64,000 bases of DNA from Oculina patagonica (taxonomy: Eukaryota): NCBI RefSeq assembly GCF_052425735.1, contig NC_135758.1, positions 12,524,001 to 12,588,000 on the forward strand, in the 5' to 3' direction. Of the stretch, positions 38,069-50,959 are shown one piece after another; positions within the stretch are counted from its first letter, which is position 1; each line of letters starts with the position of its first letter. Below the pieces are notes generated by a model. The model had not been told where the DNA came from and did no database searches. It worked only from the letters and a program-made list of their open reading frames with translations. Both the position numbers and the translations under genes were made by a program.

Positions 38069-38917
38069 GGAGGCTCGATGTAGTTTTTTTAGCCCTAGGG
38101 TGGTCGTTTTAAAAATGAAAACTATCTAGGAAGCCAATGTTCGATTTTTGCTAAAATACACCATAATGATCAAATATGACCAAAGTTTAATTTTTTTACT
38201 GGTCACTAAGTCACAAAGGTTACCATAGCAACGATTGTCATTTTCTTTTGTTTTCAAACAAGCTTGATTTTCTTGAAATCTAGATTGACAATTGGTGTTT
38301 ATTTTTTGATATGTTAAAGTACAGTGGATTGACTACCTGTAGACAAAATTTCAGAAAAATCTGTAAGACCGTTTTAGAGTTAATCAAGAATGAAGTTTTT
38401 TGTAACTTCTTGTAGTTTCCTACAATTGGCAGTCGATATATTTTGCCAAATTAAAGCAAAAACTCTCTCGCTTTTAGTCAATGGTCTTTGATGGTGTAAG
38501 TATTTATATTTCATATTGAATAACTGCGTTTGAATACTAGGAAACAATTTAAAAGCACCTATTTCACATTAAAATGGAATATTTCTGAAAATTTCATTCT
38601 TGATTTACTTGAAAACGCTCTTACAGATTTTTCTAAAATTCTGTCAACAGTTAGTTAATCTACTAATATTTAACATATCAAAAAATAAACACCAATTGTC
38701 AATCTAGATTTCGAGAAAATCAAGCTTGTTTGAAAACAAAAGAAAATGACAATCGTTGCTATGGTAACCTTTGTGACTAAGTGACCAGTAAAAAATTAAA
38801 CTTTGGTCATATTTGATCATTATGGTGTATTTTGGCAAAAATCGAACATTGGCTTCCTAGATAACTTTTATTTTGAAAACGACCACCCTAGGGCTAAGAA
38901 AACTACATCGAGCCTCC
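38069..38917. mobile_element. Kolobok-like foldback element
   Basis: TTAA|GGAGGCTCGATGTAG...CTACATCGAGCCTCC|TTA with ~300-bp TIRs; empty sites in the paralogous introns at ~46432 and ~55391. Confidence 0.8.
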
Positions 38918-39173
38918 TTACCAGAAACAGCTACGAACAATATCTTTAAATTATATATTATACATCCTAACGCTCATTCAAACGTTATCCATGGTTAGGA
39001 GGCAGATTCCTGGCTAATCCTGACCCCCTTGGTAATATAGGCGCTGACTGTGTTTGCAACGGGCGTTGCTCACTGAAAGGTAATTTCCGCACGGTAACAT
39101 CTTCAATGAACTTAATACTTTGACTTTGACCAAGGCCCCGATCAAACATTCGAAGGTTTTATGGTCTAATTAA

Positions 39174-39381
39174 GGCGCGTTTACACGACAAAAAAATTTG
39201 GGTACGGACCCGTCAAAAATTGGTCCGGACCTCACCACATTTGTAGAAAAACAGCCAAATCAAAACGGGGCCATAGGCGCCTATGGCCCCGTTTTGATTT
39301 GACTGTTTTTCAACAAAAGTGGTTAGGTCCGGACCATTTTTGTGATGGGTCCGTACCCAAATTTCTGTACCGTGTAAACGT
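39174..39381. mobile_element. Palindromic Harbinger-like MITE
   Basis: CGTTTACACG...CGTGTAAACG foldback; absent from the ZF3 and ZF4 introns. Confidence 0.7.
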
Positions 39382-40647
39382 CAAAGTCGGAAATCTTTTC
39401 TCCATCAAAATCTCGGCGCTGTTCATAGTGGCTTATAGTTTAGGCGCCAAACATATAATTATTCGTCGATCGATGTATGTGACAGAACAGTTGCTATGGC
39501 TTTTCATTACTTATTTTACAATACTTTTAAACAAATTTTTATGGCGTATCCGGCTCTGTGTTTTTCCACTGGAAAAGTTTTCCACCTGTTTTCCACCAGC
39601 CATTCTTAAACACCCTGTAACCAGGTATTTGTGTTTATCGACTCGGGCGACTTTAACGAAGTTCCACATATGGTTAACTACCTTGTCTTCATCTAAATAG
39701 TTCTTTATAGTTTGCCTCTATAGTGAATAATCAGATGCGCTGAGTGTCAGCTGAATAATAATGTTACTTGAATCCATCCAAACACAACTAGATTTACTTT
39801 AAAAAGAGTCACAACGCATGCTCCAGTGAAGTTTCAGTTTAATTTTAATTTACAGGCAGAAGCAATAACTGATATTTTACTATTTCCTGTTACTACTGTT
39901 ACCTGTTCTTTTAGATCAAAGCTAACCCGCTTTATAAAGAAAGTCATGTTTCGCCGACTTATACACAATCAGACAACCCAAAAATCTACTTTTGCTACCA
40001 GCTTGTCACTTCAGTGCTTCTCTTTCACCAGTGGAGCTAACTAACGCAAATAAACGTATAACTGAACATCTCTCTTCGAATCCCTTATTGGTTCTGTCCA
40101 GTTAACTTGACACGCAAATGTCTATTATTTTCTATCTTGTCTATCTTTATAAGTGGAGTTTTTAATTAAGCCGGTGTCGTAAAACCAAAACCAAGGTAAT
40201 CACTCTGGCCAAAAACAAGTGGCCGGCATCAAGTGCGGGGAAACGTTTGCAAGCGAATCACGATTGGTTTTGGTTTTGCTTCTGATTGGCTGAGAAGGTG
40301 GCGCGAGTTTTTTGAGCCAATCACTACTGAGCGTAGTAATGCAAAACCAAAGCAAACGGCTCTATAATGTAAGAAAAGATATATAACTATTGTAAAATTA
40401 TAAAAAATAACCTTTGGGCAGGAAATTGCACGTACAGTAAAGGGTTTGAAAAGAAAGATCTCGGCGTGCTCAAGCTAGGTCCTTTGTAGAACGCTACAAG
40501 AAGACCCAGCCACTAAAGTTATTTACAATAAGAAATATGTCTGGACTAATAGAAACTTTCTTTTTAGTGCACCAGAAACAACACAGCTGTCTGGCCAATA
40601 TTAGCCTATCTGAACTTGTATCACTTCTTACCTCTACAACTGAAGAT

Positions 40648-42099
40648 ATGGAACCACCTTTGGATAGTACTAGAAGTAGTGTTGTTAAGACACAAACCAT
40701 CTCAGCCGCAGCGCCTCAATCGAGTAAAGACCAAGGATACTGTTGCAGTCAGTGTAACCAGCGTTTCAAAACATCAGTGCTACTTCGCGAACACTTTCGA
40801 TCCCACGCGGAATTTCCTTTCAAGTGCTCCGTTTGTGGCGAAGGCTTCACGGATTTTTTATCTAGACGGGAACATGTTAGACAACACAAATCTGAAAGGC
40901 GATTTAAATGTTCTGATTGCCAACGGAGTTTCAATGGCATACTAGCACTTGACAGTCATCACTGTCGCGGCCTTATCAGATCAAAAACCTTCCAGTGTAA
41001 CCAGTGTGGTAAGAAGTTTGGTTCTAAAACCAATCTCGAGAATCACTTGCCTATTCATTCTGAAGTTAAGCAGTTCAGTTGCAACCTTTGTGACAAGCAG
41101 TATACTCAAAGAAGCGCCCTTGACAGACACAAACGGATTCATAGTTCAGATGGGGAACGGAGCTGTCGCTGCCAAGTTTGCGGAAAACTGTTGTCTTGTG
41201 AGTCTTCCCTTCGTTTACATCTAAGGATTCACACTGGAGAAAAACCCTACAAGTGTAAGGAGTGTAGGAAATGTTTCGCGCAGAGTTCAACCCTTATTGG
41301 GCACTTAAGAACGCATACTAGCCAACAGGAAAAGCCTTTTAAGTGCAATGATTGTGGAAAAAGCTTTGCACGTGTCGCAGATTTTCACATCCATCAGCGT
41401 ATCCACACTGGAGAGAAGCCTTATAAATGCGACAAATGTGAAAAGCGTTTTCGACATAGTTCGTCCCTTACTAAACATAAACAGGTTCATATTCCTGTCG
41501 AAATGCGAGTAGAGGAAGCTGCAAGAGAGGGACTTATACTTTTTAACTGTGGTTACTGTGATAAAATATTTACAGTTAGCTCAAACATGCGAAGACACGA
41601 GCGAACCCACACAGGAGAAAAACTCCACAGATGTACTGACTGTAAAAAATGTTTTTCGCGCAAGGATGATCTTAAATCACACCGAATCACCGTACATGGT
41701 TTTGAAAGGAAGACAGTAAAAGAGGGACCCAGACTTTTCAACTGTGGTTACTGTGATAAAGTATTTACACATAGCTCATCTTTGCGAAAACACGAGCGCA
41801 CCCACACAGGAGAAAAACACTTCAGATGTACTGACTGTAATAAATGTTTCTCTCGCAAAGATGAACTTAAAAAACACCGAAACACTGTACACGGTTGTGG
41901 TGAAACACACGAGTGTTGGGTTTGTGGAAAGCATTTGAGTAGCTATCATAAGATGAGATTGCACATATGTTTACACACAGGAGAACGAAACCATTTTTGT
42001 CCTGTGTGTGGAAAGGGATACATCAGCTTAGATCGCTTTAAACAACATATGCGATCGCACGAAAACGGCCCCGAACGCAGTGAAAATGGACATGATTAA
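40648..42099 (+). CDS. C2H2 zinc-finger protein ZF2 (~483 aa, ~15 fingers)
   Basis: The start ATG at 40648 (MEPPLDS) aligns with the starts of ZF3 and ZF4. The ORF-track start at 40537 lies before the likely acceptor at ~40567. Two fingers are internally duplicated. Confidence 0.9.
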   Translation: MEPPLDSTRSSVVKTQTISAAAPQSSKDQGYCCSQCNQRFKTSVLLREHFRSHAEFPFKCSVCGEGFTDFLSRREHVRQHKSERRFKCSDCQRSFNGILALDSHHCRGLIRSKTFQCNQCGKKFGSKTNLENHLPIHSEVKQFSCNLCDKQYTQRSALDRHKRIHSSDGERSCRCQVCGKLLSCESSLRLHLRIHTGEKPYKCKECRKCFAQSSTLIGHLRTHTSQQEKPFKCNDCGKSFARVADFHIHQRIHTGEKPYKCDKCEKRFRHSSSLTKHKQVHIPVEMRVEEAAREGLILFNCGYCDKIFTVSSNMRRHERTHTGEKLHRCTDCKKCFSRKDDLKSHRITVHGFERKTVKEGPRLFNCGYCDKVFTHSSSLRKHERTHTGEKHFRCTDCNKCFSRKDELKKHRNTVHGCGETHECWVCGKHLSSYHKMRLHICLHTGERNHFCPVCGKGYISLDRFKQHMRSHENGPERSENGHD

Positions 42100-42185
42100 G
42101 TTTTGTCCCACTACGTGCCGACGAAATAGAAGTTTGCTATTTCGATCTGCTCTGTTGGCTATTGTTCTCGAGCTGTTCAATTTTA

Positions 42186-42600
42186 GTCGAGGAAGCTGCA
42201 AGAGAGTGGCTGAGTCTTTTTAAGGGGGGTTCATACCGAGATAAAGCATTTACGCTTAACTCAAACTTGCGGAGACACAAGCGTACCCACACAGGAGAAG
42301 AGACTCACATATGCACGGACTATAACAAATGCTTTTCGTGTAAGAATGATGTGCACGCTCGTGGTGAAACACACGTGCACCACAATCGTCGGTGGGTAAA
42401 AACGTTTGAGCAGCTATCAAAGGATAAGGCTAAACATACGCTTACATACTGGAGAAAGACACACATGTCCTGTGTGTAAGATGAGCGATATATGCTGAAA
42501 GGGCCTTAAAATTAAAGGAATCTGCGCTCGCACGTCTGAAAAAGACACACACGTCCGAAAAAGACACTTGAGTTTTGTCCCCACTGAAAACCAACTTAAA
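42186..42600 (+). pseudogene. Degenerate duplicate of the last four zinc fingers
   Basis: VEEAARE..DKAFTLNSNLRRHKRTHTGE... with lost Cys residues and frameshifts; resembles the ZF3/ZF4 C-terminus. Confidence 0.8.
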
Positions 42601-45600
42601 TGTCGTTTTAGATCAAGAAATATTGACGATGTGGAATTTCGATGTGGAATCTTTTCAATCTGTCGTAACTTTGTAGTTGTTATCTTGTAAGCAAAGCGCA
42701 AGGGCTGTACTAAGAGGCTATCAGCCGTAGACATTGACAAGAGGATGGACCGAGAGAAGCAGGGTCGAAAATAGAAAAGACCTAGGGCCGATAGTCTACC
42801 AATACTGTCCCAATCAAGCTTTGTTTATAAAAGTTTTATTAAAGTTAAAAACTTTACCGGCTCCATTTCTTTGAGGAATTAAGCATTCTGATTGCCTGAT
42901 TTTTGTAAGTGCTCCTTTGACCTATCGTAGGGATTGTTGACGGATATGAAGACCATTTGTAAACCACATTATTGTGATGTTTTGGCATCCTATTTTAAGA
43001 TTACCAATACCACGTTGCGCTTGTTGGAGGGCTACCCTCTTCCACAAGCCATTGTTAGTTGTCCCTGTAAACGAAAAAAATTTGCTTTGCTGAAAATTTG
43101 CTTCTCCTGTTCCACGCATGCTCTTTGTGTCCAAACTTGATCCTGGTAGGTGAGTCAAAGTAGCCAAAGTGTTTATAGGAAAAAGGATGGCTCTCACCCC
43201 TGGGTCACCCAACCTTCAAAGCGGGTGACCCTCCACCAAGGGCCATCCCGGACCCCGAAAATATTGGCGCGTTCCTATATAAACGGTCCGCATGTATCTA
43301 TAGAAAAATGTATGAAAAGCTTTTTCGCCGCTAGGATTTTTTTTCGCGTCCACGCGCCAGACCTATGTTTATTAACTTAAGTAATATAATATATTTGGAC
43401 AACGTAATTAATCAATAGATAGCACTATTTGAAAAACATAATTTCAAGGCGTCGATTTAGCAAATCGATGCAAAAGTCTAAAATAATGCAAGGACCACTT
43501 GCACAAACAGCAGCGAAGTGAAGCTGGGTCTTGGCGTAGGTCAGGATCAACAATATTAAATAAAACGATAAACCAAATGCAAGGCTGATCGGTTAGCTAA
43601 AAGGCTAAATAAATTTTTAAACTAACCTTCTTCAGGGGCGGAAAAGCTAAGTAAAAATGATAATAGACGGTTAAAATATTTGAAACGATGCTAATAAAAA
43701 GTCTAAGCGATAACAAAACTCCTCCTGAAAAAAATCAGTTTTCGTTACTTTCTTAGAAACGGAAAGCCCGTCTTTTTAAAGGTATTTTTCTGACGATTTT
43801 TGATACCAAACTAATGAATGTTTAAAAAGAAATAAACGTGAATTGATAAACATATTATTTCGATACAAAACTTGCTTTATTTTTCATCAATGAGAGCCGG
43901 AACCTCGTTTATTTTGAACATTTGCGGGCACGTTTCGCAATATTAGGTCACATCCACAAATCCACCGATCCGTGCTTTTTTGGCCAAATCCTTAAATTCG
44001 CCGCTACGCTATTCACGATCAGGAAGTGCTTCCTTTATGACTGAGGAGTCTGGAATCGGGAGTATCTGAACACTTTTCGGAGTTTTTCATGATGGCTGTT
44101 ACGAATGCCAGATTGGCCTTGTGGACCACGCACCAAACCACTTCATATTCATTGAAAGCGAAAGTAATGCGCGAATATTCAATCCGGTCAGGTTATCTCT
44201 TGTCAGGAGAGATTTAAAAATGTTAAAACAAATTACCACAGAATAGGACCTTTGCACTTTTAGAGTTAGCTCCACCAGGAAACTGTGCAAAATATGAGTT
44301 TTGTAGGCAAAAAGCAGTTTTGACACCTTAAGTGAGTTGCTATTGTGCTTGAGTAAATAACCACGCGTGCAGTTGTCGATGTTTAAACTAGGGTTTGTTC
44401 AAGAGGAAAATATAGAGAGAAGTTAATTTCGATTTTCTTTTTGTCCATTACCGAAAACAATTCGAATTTAGGCAGCTTTCTAGGTTAAATATACATTCGA
44501 CAGACGTATCTTTTTGTTTTAGTTTTTGTCCGTAATTAGAGGAGAAGGTACTTTATTACGCCAATAAAATGTTTTCATAAAGATATGTTATTCACCAAAA
44601 TTTTAGCCTCCAACGTGCGAAAAATCAAATTTCCTCGACTCGCTTTCATCGGAGATCCCGGTCCTCGAAAGAAAAGTCTTCGAACTATAGTCTAATTTGA
44701 GTGCGATCGGTACGCCCCGTTTTAATATCAAATTTGGCGTAAATTTGCCCATTTACAATGATCGGTACCACCTACTTGGACAATTTATGCAATATTCGCT
44801 GAAATTGGTCAAATTTACTACCTATGCTCTCCCCAAAAAGCAGACCGTGTTTCACTGCAAACTTCCTCTGGGGTACCCCAAAGAAATACTGCTCGGAAAT
44901 CACGACGGCGAAGCCGAAGACAAAGTGGTTGCTTTTAAAAAGTGTCAATTACACCAGAACATACTAAGAAAAAGGATCCTTTTTACTGTAACCCCTTCAC
45001 TTTTGGACGCTCAGATGTAAACATGTTTTCTATAAAACAACAAGAAAAAGGCAAAATGTCCAAAATTAACCACAATCAACAATCAATGTGGCTTGGCCAA
45101 ATTTTACCTATGGTTTTACAATACCCGGGCGGAAACGTATTTACATCTTATTGATGAGAATAGCTGGAAAAGTTCTTAATGATCCATGCCTCGTTCTAAA
45201 GAAAGTTTTTTAAGAGAAGAAGTATTTTTTTGCCTCACGGTATCATGTTTTTAGTTTTCAACAAATTCGATCAACGCAATAAAAACAAAACCCTTTAGAA
45301 AAACATTAAAATCGTTAAATGTTTTCCTTTATTAACCCTTTCCTAAAGGCTGGAGTAGAAAAATAGTTTTTTTCTAGAACAAATAACCAGGTTATAAAAG
45401 GTGGAACTAGAACAAATAACCAGGTTATAAAAGTCCTAGTAACTCTGTGGAAGAGTGTCCGACAAGAGCGCGGGTGGTCTTAGGTCGTCATAAGTTCGAC
45501 TCATTTTGGGAGAACTTGGAATGTTTACGTCTGAGGAGCTTTTGTCACTGAGCGACAAACAGTATTATAGAAATTGGTTGGCTGCAACCTTCCGGTTGAC

Positions 45601-45743
45601 TTATTCCAGACTTTTGTAATGGCCGGGTCGAACTTTAGGCAATATTTATTAATTATACTTTATCACCATGACAAGTGACCAACACCTAACGTCTTTTTCT
45701 TCATCAAGTAGTGAAGTCATGAAAATAAAAAAAAACTCATTAA

Positions 45744-45960
45744 GGGACGGACCATTATTTTCTTGGAGGGAGGGGGGGGGGGGATGAAAAATTTTCCTCT
45801 GCAAACTTTTTTTAGTTTATGCACCTCTGCAAACATTTTCTTCGAAATTCTTACTATTTTTTGTTATACATATCGTTTTTGCAAACAATATATTTTGTCT
45901 TTCCAGGCCCTGCAAACAATTTTTTTCAATATCTTATTCAAAAAAATAATGGTCCGTCCC
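45744..45960. mobile_element. Harbinger-type MITE
   Basis: TAA|GGGACGGACCATTATTTT...AAATAATGGTCCGTCCC|TAA. Confidence 0.85.
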
Positions 45961-46037
45961 TAACTAGGAGACAGTCTGCCACCATATTGTGGCAAAGGCC
46001 ATCCCCTTTTTTTTTTTTTTTTCGTCGTCCCCCCCCC

Positions 46038-46338
46038 NNNNNNNNNNNNNNNNNNNNNNNNNNNNNNNNNNNNNNNNNNNNNNNNNNNNNNNNNNNNNNN
46101 NNNNNNNNNNNNNNNNNNNNNNNNNNNNNNNNNNNNNNNNNNNNNNNNNNNNNNNNNNNNNNNNNNNNNNNNNNNNNNNNNNNNNNNNNNNNNNNNNNNN
46201 NNNNNNNNNNNNNNNNNNNNNNNNNNNNNNNNNNNNNNNNNNNNNNNNNNNNNNNNNNNNNNNNNNNNNNNNNNNNNNNNNNNNNNNNNNNNNNNNNNNN
46301 NNNNNNNNNNNNNNNNNNNNNNNNNNNNNNNNNNNNNN
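46038..46338. other. Assembly gap
   Basis: Run of N. Confidence 1.
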
Positions 46339-47056
46339 GACAAACAGTAAATAAGGAGATTGATAAATTGAACTTAGAATATTGACGATTGAAACTGTTA
46401 GGGCACCTGTTGAATACCTGATATTAATTATTTAACAAAAACATCTACGAAAAAGATATTTTAAAGTATATGATACTGGACAATAGAGTTCATTCAAACG
46501 TTATCTGTGATTCGATTACGCAACAGATTCCTGGCTTACTCCTTACCCTCCGGTGATATTGGCACTGTGTGCGTTTGCAACTGGTGTTGCTAACTGAAAG
46601 GTAATTACCACTGTTACATATTATTTCAACTTTGACTCAGGTCCAAATTAAACAGTAGACGGTTTTATGATGCGTAACAAATTTCAAGCCGGAAATCTTT
46701 TTTTCCATCTTCCCAGGCACTAAATATAAATATATTATACAGTTATTATTCGTTTCACCTACGCCACAATTTCATTTTATAGCCTGCACTGTAGAATATT
46801 TTTCCTTATTCCGTGGGCCGGCGAAAGCTCCGAATAAAATACATGTAAAATACAGATGCGTAAGGCTTCACTCGACTTATTTAGTCATTATAATTACGCC
46901 GATCAATGTATATGACATAACAGTTGTTATGGATTTTCTATAGTTTTTTTCTTACAATAAGTTCTTTTAACAAATTCTTATCTCGTCCCTCGCTGCGTTT
47001 CTCTTTCACCGGAAAAGTGTTCCACCAGTTTCCCACCAGAAATTCCCAACAGGCTT

Positions 47057-47929
47057 TGTGTCAGGAAAGATTTACCAATGTTGAGGGAAATTATCATAAA
47101 ATAGGACCTCTATTCTTTTAGAGTTAGCTTCACCAGCAAACTGTGCAAATATGAGTTTTATAGGCAAACAGCGATTTATATGCTAAGTAGATTACTTTTA
47201 CATAAAGTAAATAACCGTGCGTGTAGTTGTCGCTGTTTAAACTGTTTAAACTAGGGTGTTATTCAAGAAAAAATATAAAAGAAGTTAATTTCAATTTTCG
47301 TTTTGTCCATCACCGAAAACAATTCAAATTTAGGCAGCTTTCTGGGTTGAATATACATTCGACAGATGTATCCTATTGTTTTAGTTTTTGTCCGTAATTG
47401 AGTTTGGTTAGTTTACGATTTCAAATATGCCGACTCTATTCAATCTTACTTTTTAGTTTAAAATGCTTCTAATTAAATTTTATTTAGCTGTACTTTCGTC
47501 TACAAACTTGCCAGCTGAACTTATTCACTTTGCCTTTGTGTTGTTTGTTGACTTTGCTCAGCCTTCTTTCAATTATACTTTGTATGTTGCAATCAGGTTT
47601 AGCGTTAGTATATAAAGAGTGCTGCTATCATTGTTGAGTTGATTTACATGATTTACATAGAAGATCGATTTTAATACGCCGAGACGAAGAAATAAACGTG
47701 TGAAGTCCAAGTTCTTGTGTCCTGATTCCAGTTGCAGCAGATCCGACGGTACTTTGGAACCCGTGACAAGTTCCTCTCCCGCAGCAAGCGAGGTTGCTCT
47801 GAGCTATCCCCAGTTCAGTTCAGTTCAGTTCAGTTTAGTCGAGTCAAGGGAGTCAGTTTTCAGCCGAGGGGGCCTCTCATCGCCCATTTCCCGTTTCAAG
47901 AGTTCAGAGCGACAAAACCCGTTGTCACA
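47057..47929 (+). mobile_element. Possible solo LTR inserted in the ZF3 intron
   Basis: TGTGTCA...TGTCACA ends with internal TATATAAA and AATAAA. It interrupts sequence that is contiguous in the ZF2 and ZF4 introns; a partial copy lies at ~44200-44538. No clear TSD. Confidence 0.45.
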
Positions 47930-48075
47930 TTAGAACCAGGTATTGTGTGTTTATTGACTTGGTCGACTTAAACCAAGCTCCACTAATAGCGATGCCTTCA
48001 ACAAAATAACAATTCTTAAGATGACCTTAGATTGCCTCTTCCGTCAGTGAACAATCAATTACGCTATGGCTCTAT

Positions 48076-48167
48076 TAGCCTGCGATCAGGCTTTCTTTTT
48101 TTTCGCAGCGGAGGGAAAGAGTTGACCCTTCCGCAGCGTATAAAATAACGCCTGATCTCGCAGGTTA
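48076..48167. mobile_element. AcademH-type MITE
   Basis: TAGCCTGCGATCAGGC...GCCTGATCTCGCAGGTTA with a degenerate TSD; empty site in the ZF4 intron at ~56170. Confidence 0.7.
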
Positions 48168-48342
48168 TGGGCTCTTTAACCCATTGAAACACTACTAATT
48201 TCTTATGAAAATTTATGCATCGCAAAAATCATTGACTAATAGAAACTTTATTTTCTGTGTGCCAGAATAAAACAACTCAGCTCTCCTGCCAGTTCTAGCC
48301 GACCCCAACACTGATACATCGTCTACTTCTAAAGCTGATGAT

Positions 48343-49608
48343 ATGGAAGCATCCTCAGGTACTAGTAGTGTCGTTGAGATACTAGCACACTCAGCAGCAG
48401 TGCCCCAATTGAGAGAAGACGAAGGATACTATTGTAGTCAGTGTAACCAGCGTTTTAAAACCTCAATACAACTCCGAAAACACTTTCGTTCGCATACGGA
48501 ATTTTCTTTCAAGTGCACCGTTTGTGGCGAAGGCTTCATGGATTATGAGTCCAGGCGGGAACATGTTAAACAACACAAAGCTGAAAGACGATTTAAATGT
48601 TCGGATTGTGGGCGGAGTTTCGATGACATACCAGCACTTGACAGTCATCAATGTCGCGGTCTCAAGAAATCAAAGACGTTTCAGTGTAAGCAGTGTGGTA
48701 AGACTTTTGATAGAAAAGATACTCTCGAGAATCACTTGCCTATTCATTCTGAAGTTAAGCAGTTCAGTTGCAACCTTTGTGACAAGCAGTATACCCAAAG
48801 AAGCGCTCTTATCAGACACAAACGGATTCATAGTTCAGATGGGGAACAGAGCTGTCGATGCCAAGTTTGCGGTAAACTGATGACTTGCGAGCCTTCACTT
48901 CGTGAACATCTAAGGATTCACACTGGAGAAAAGCCCTACAAATGTTCAGAATGTGGGAGATGTTTCGCTCAGAGTTCAACTCTTGTTGGGCACTTAAGGA
49001 CGCATACTAGCCATCAGGAAAAGCCTTTCAAGTGCACTGAGTGTGGAAAAAGCTTTGCACGTGTCGCAGATTTTCACATACATCAGCGAATCCACACTGG
49101 AGAGAAGCCTCATAAATGCGATACTTGTGGAAAGCGTTTTCGAGATAGTTCATCTCTTACTAAACATAAGCCGGTCCACATACCTATCGAAATGCGAGTA
49201 GAGGAGGCTGCAAAAGAGGGAATAAGACTTAAGTGCGGTTACTGTGATAAAGTATTTACACTTAACTCAAACTTGCGAAGACACGAGCGCACCCATACAA
49301 GAGAAAAACGCCACAAATGTATTGACTGTAATAATCGTTTTTCGCGCAAGGAAGATCTCACATTACACCGCAGTAAGGTACACGGTTGTGGTGAAACACA
49401 CGAGTGCTGGGTCTGTGGAAAACTTTTGAGCAGCTATCATAGGATGAAGTTGCACATTTGTTTACATACTGGGGAAAGGCCACTTTCTTGTCATGTGTGT
49501 GGAAAGGGCTTTATAAACGAAAAGACCCTGAAAGCGCATCTGCGCACACACGAAAACAATTCCGATAAAGGAAATCTGGATTTTGTTTCCACATTAAACC
49601 CAGCGTGA
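48343..49608 (+). CDS. C2H2 zinc-finger protein ZF3 (421 aa, ~13 fingers)
   Basis: Intact ORF with canonical fingers and linkers. Confidence 0.93.
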   Translation: MEASSGTSSVVEILAHSAAVPQLREDEGYYCSQCNQRFKTSIQLRKHFRSHTEFSFKCTVCGEGFMDYESRREHVKQHKAERRFKCSDCGRSFDDIPALDSHQCRGLKKSKTFQCKQCGKTFDRKDTLENHLPIHSEVKQFSCNLCDKQYTQRSALIRHKRIHSSDGEQSCRCQVCGKLMTCEPSLREHLRIHTGEKPYKCSECGRCFAQSSTLVGHLRTHTSHQEKPFKCTECGKSFARVADFHIHQRIHTGEKPHKCDTCGKRFRDSSSLTKHKPVHIPIEMRVEEAAKEGIRLKCGYCDKVFTLNSNLRRHERTHTREKRHKCIDCNNRFSRKEDLTLHRSKVHGCGETHECWVCGKLLSSYHRMKLHICLHTGERPLSCHVCGKGFINEKTLKAHLRTHENNSDKGNLDFVSTLNPA

Positions 49609-49742
49609 GATTTGTTTTAAACCATTAATGAGGTTTAAAGGCGATAAGAAATTTTGTATTTTCAATCTTTCTTAAGTTAATCAGTCGGTTACCTTTATAC
49701 GCCGATATGCAATTTGGCCTTGTTCGCCTACCAGCGCGAAGA

Positions 49743-49860
49743 GTGATAATGATGATGACGATGATGACGATGATGATGATGATGATGAATATGATAATGA
49801 TGATGATAATGATGATGGCGACCCCGCCGCCGTCGACGATGACGATGATGATGATGACGA
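49743..49860. repeat. Compound (GAT/GAC)n microsatellite downstream of ZF3
   Basis: Read directly; a short equivalent lies after ZF4 at ~57665-57684. Confidence 0.9.
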
Positions 49861-50959
49861 TCTGTAAGAAAGATACCCGAAAAATCGATTTCTCAGCCAT
49901 TTTCTAATATTATGAGATTATAAAGAAGCGTGATCGATATATTTTTGAAGCGATAGATCGCACTTATGCCCATTGAAGGTAACGCACGCACAATCACGGT
50001 TTATCAGCGAAGAGGCGACGGTAACGGAGCGAGATCATTTTCGAGGAATTCCAGTAGAATGCGCTAAGTGTCTATCATTATTTATAAGTTGCTCTTGCTC
50101 AATGAAACTGCTTCTATATATAACTTTGGTTTTTAATTGTTGAAGTAAAGTAAAATAATAATAAAGAACAATGTGTGTGAAGTCATTTCTCGTCAAGCTG
50201 TTATAATGTCAATTAATAGGGACTTGGAAAAATGAGACATTGCATGTTGCTAGATGCAAACTTCCCAACAGATATCAAGAGAAAGAATAAAAAAAAACAA
50301 GTAATCAACACACTGTAACAAGAGTAAATCATTTTTTTTTTTCAGAACTTCTTCCGTATTGTAGCTCTTTTTGTCTCTAAAAATTCACTGCTTGACGCAA
50401 AGTATGAACAACAAAGGATAAAACTGAACAGGATAGTACACAAAATACAAAATGGAGCTGGTCAGATATCTAATCAAATTTGTTCATTAATATCTGAAAA
50501 AAAAGAAAATAAGGTAGCAAATATTGATTCAATGATTAAAAAGTATATCAAATACATAATACATACTAATGCGACATAAGGGCCGGAGAATGTACTGCAT
50601 TTGGTGAGGCCGCCATGAAGGAAAATTTCCCCGCCAAAGAGATTGGGGCTGTTTCTCACAAGCACGCAAAGATGACGTATCTGTCATCGTTTGTATTCCG
50701 TCACTAATCTTAACCAGCCTGATCTTGCTGTCAGTTGGTTTAGTTTGAATCTACTCGATTTAAAGGTAAGTATGAGCACGCTGAAGGCGCGGTGGTCTAA
50801 CGGTTAGCGCGCTGGACTCGGGATCGAGCGGTCCGGGTTGCCCGGATGTATGATGCTTGATAAAACGCCGATTCTCCAACATGTCCAAAGCATTTCGTCC
50901 GCCAATCATTAACTTTCCTGAAAAAATAACGCAACTTATTACTGAAAAGAAACTGAAAG

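Noticed and set aside
40537-40647. 37-aa N-terminal extension of ZF2 in the ORF track
   Set aside because: It spans the probable intron and acceptor; ZF3 and ZF4 start at the equivalent of 40648.
45819-46385. Long ORFs across the gap
   Set aside because: Artefact of the N run.
49625-49907. Poly-Met and poly-Ile ORFs
   Set aside because: They are translations of a (GAT)n microsatellite.
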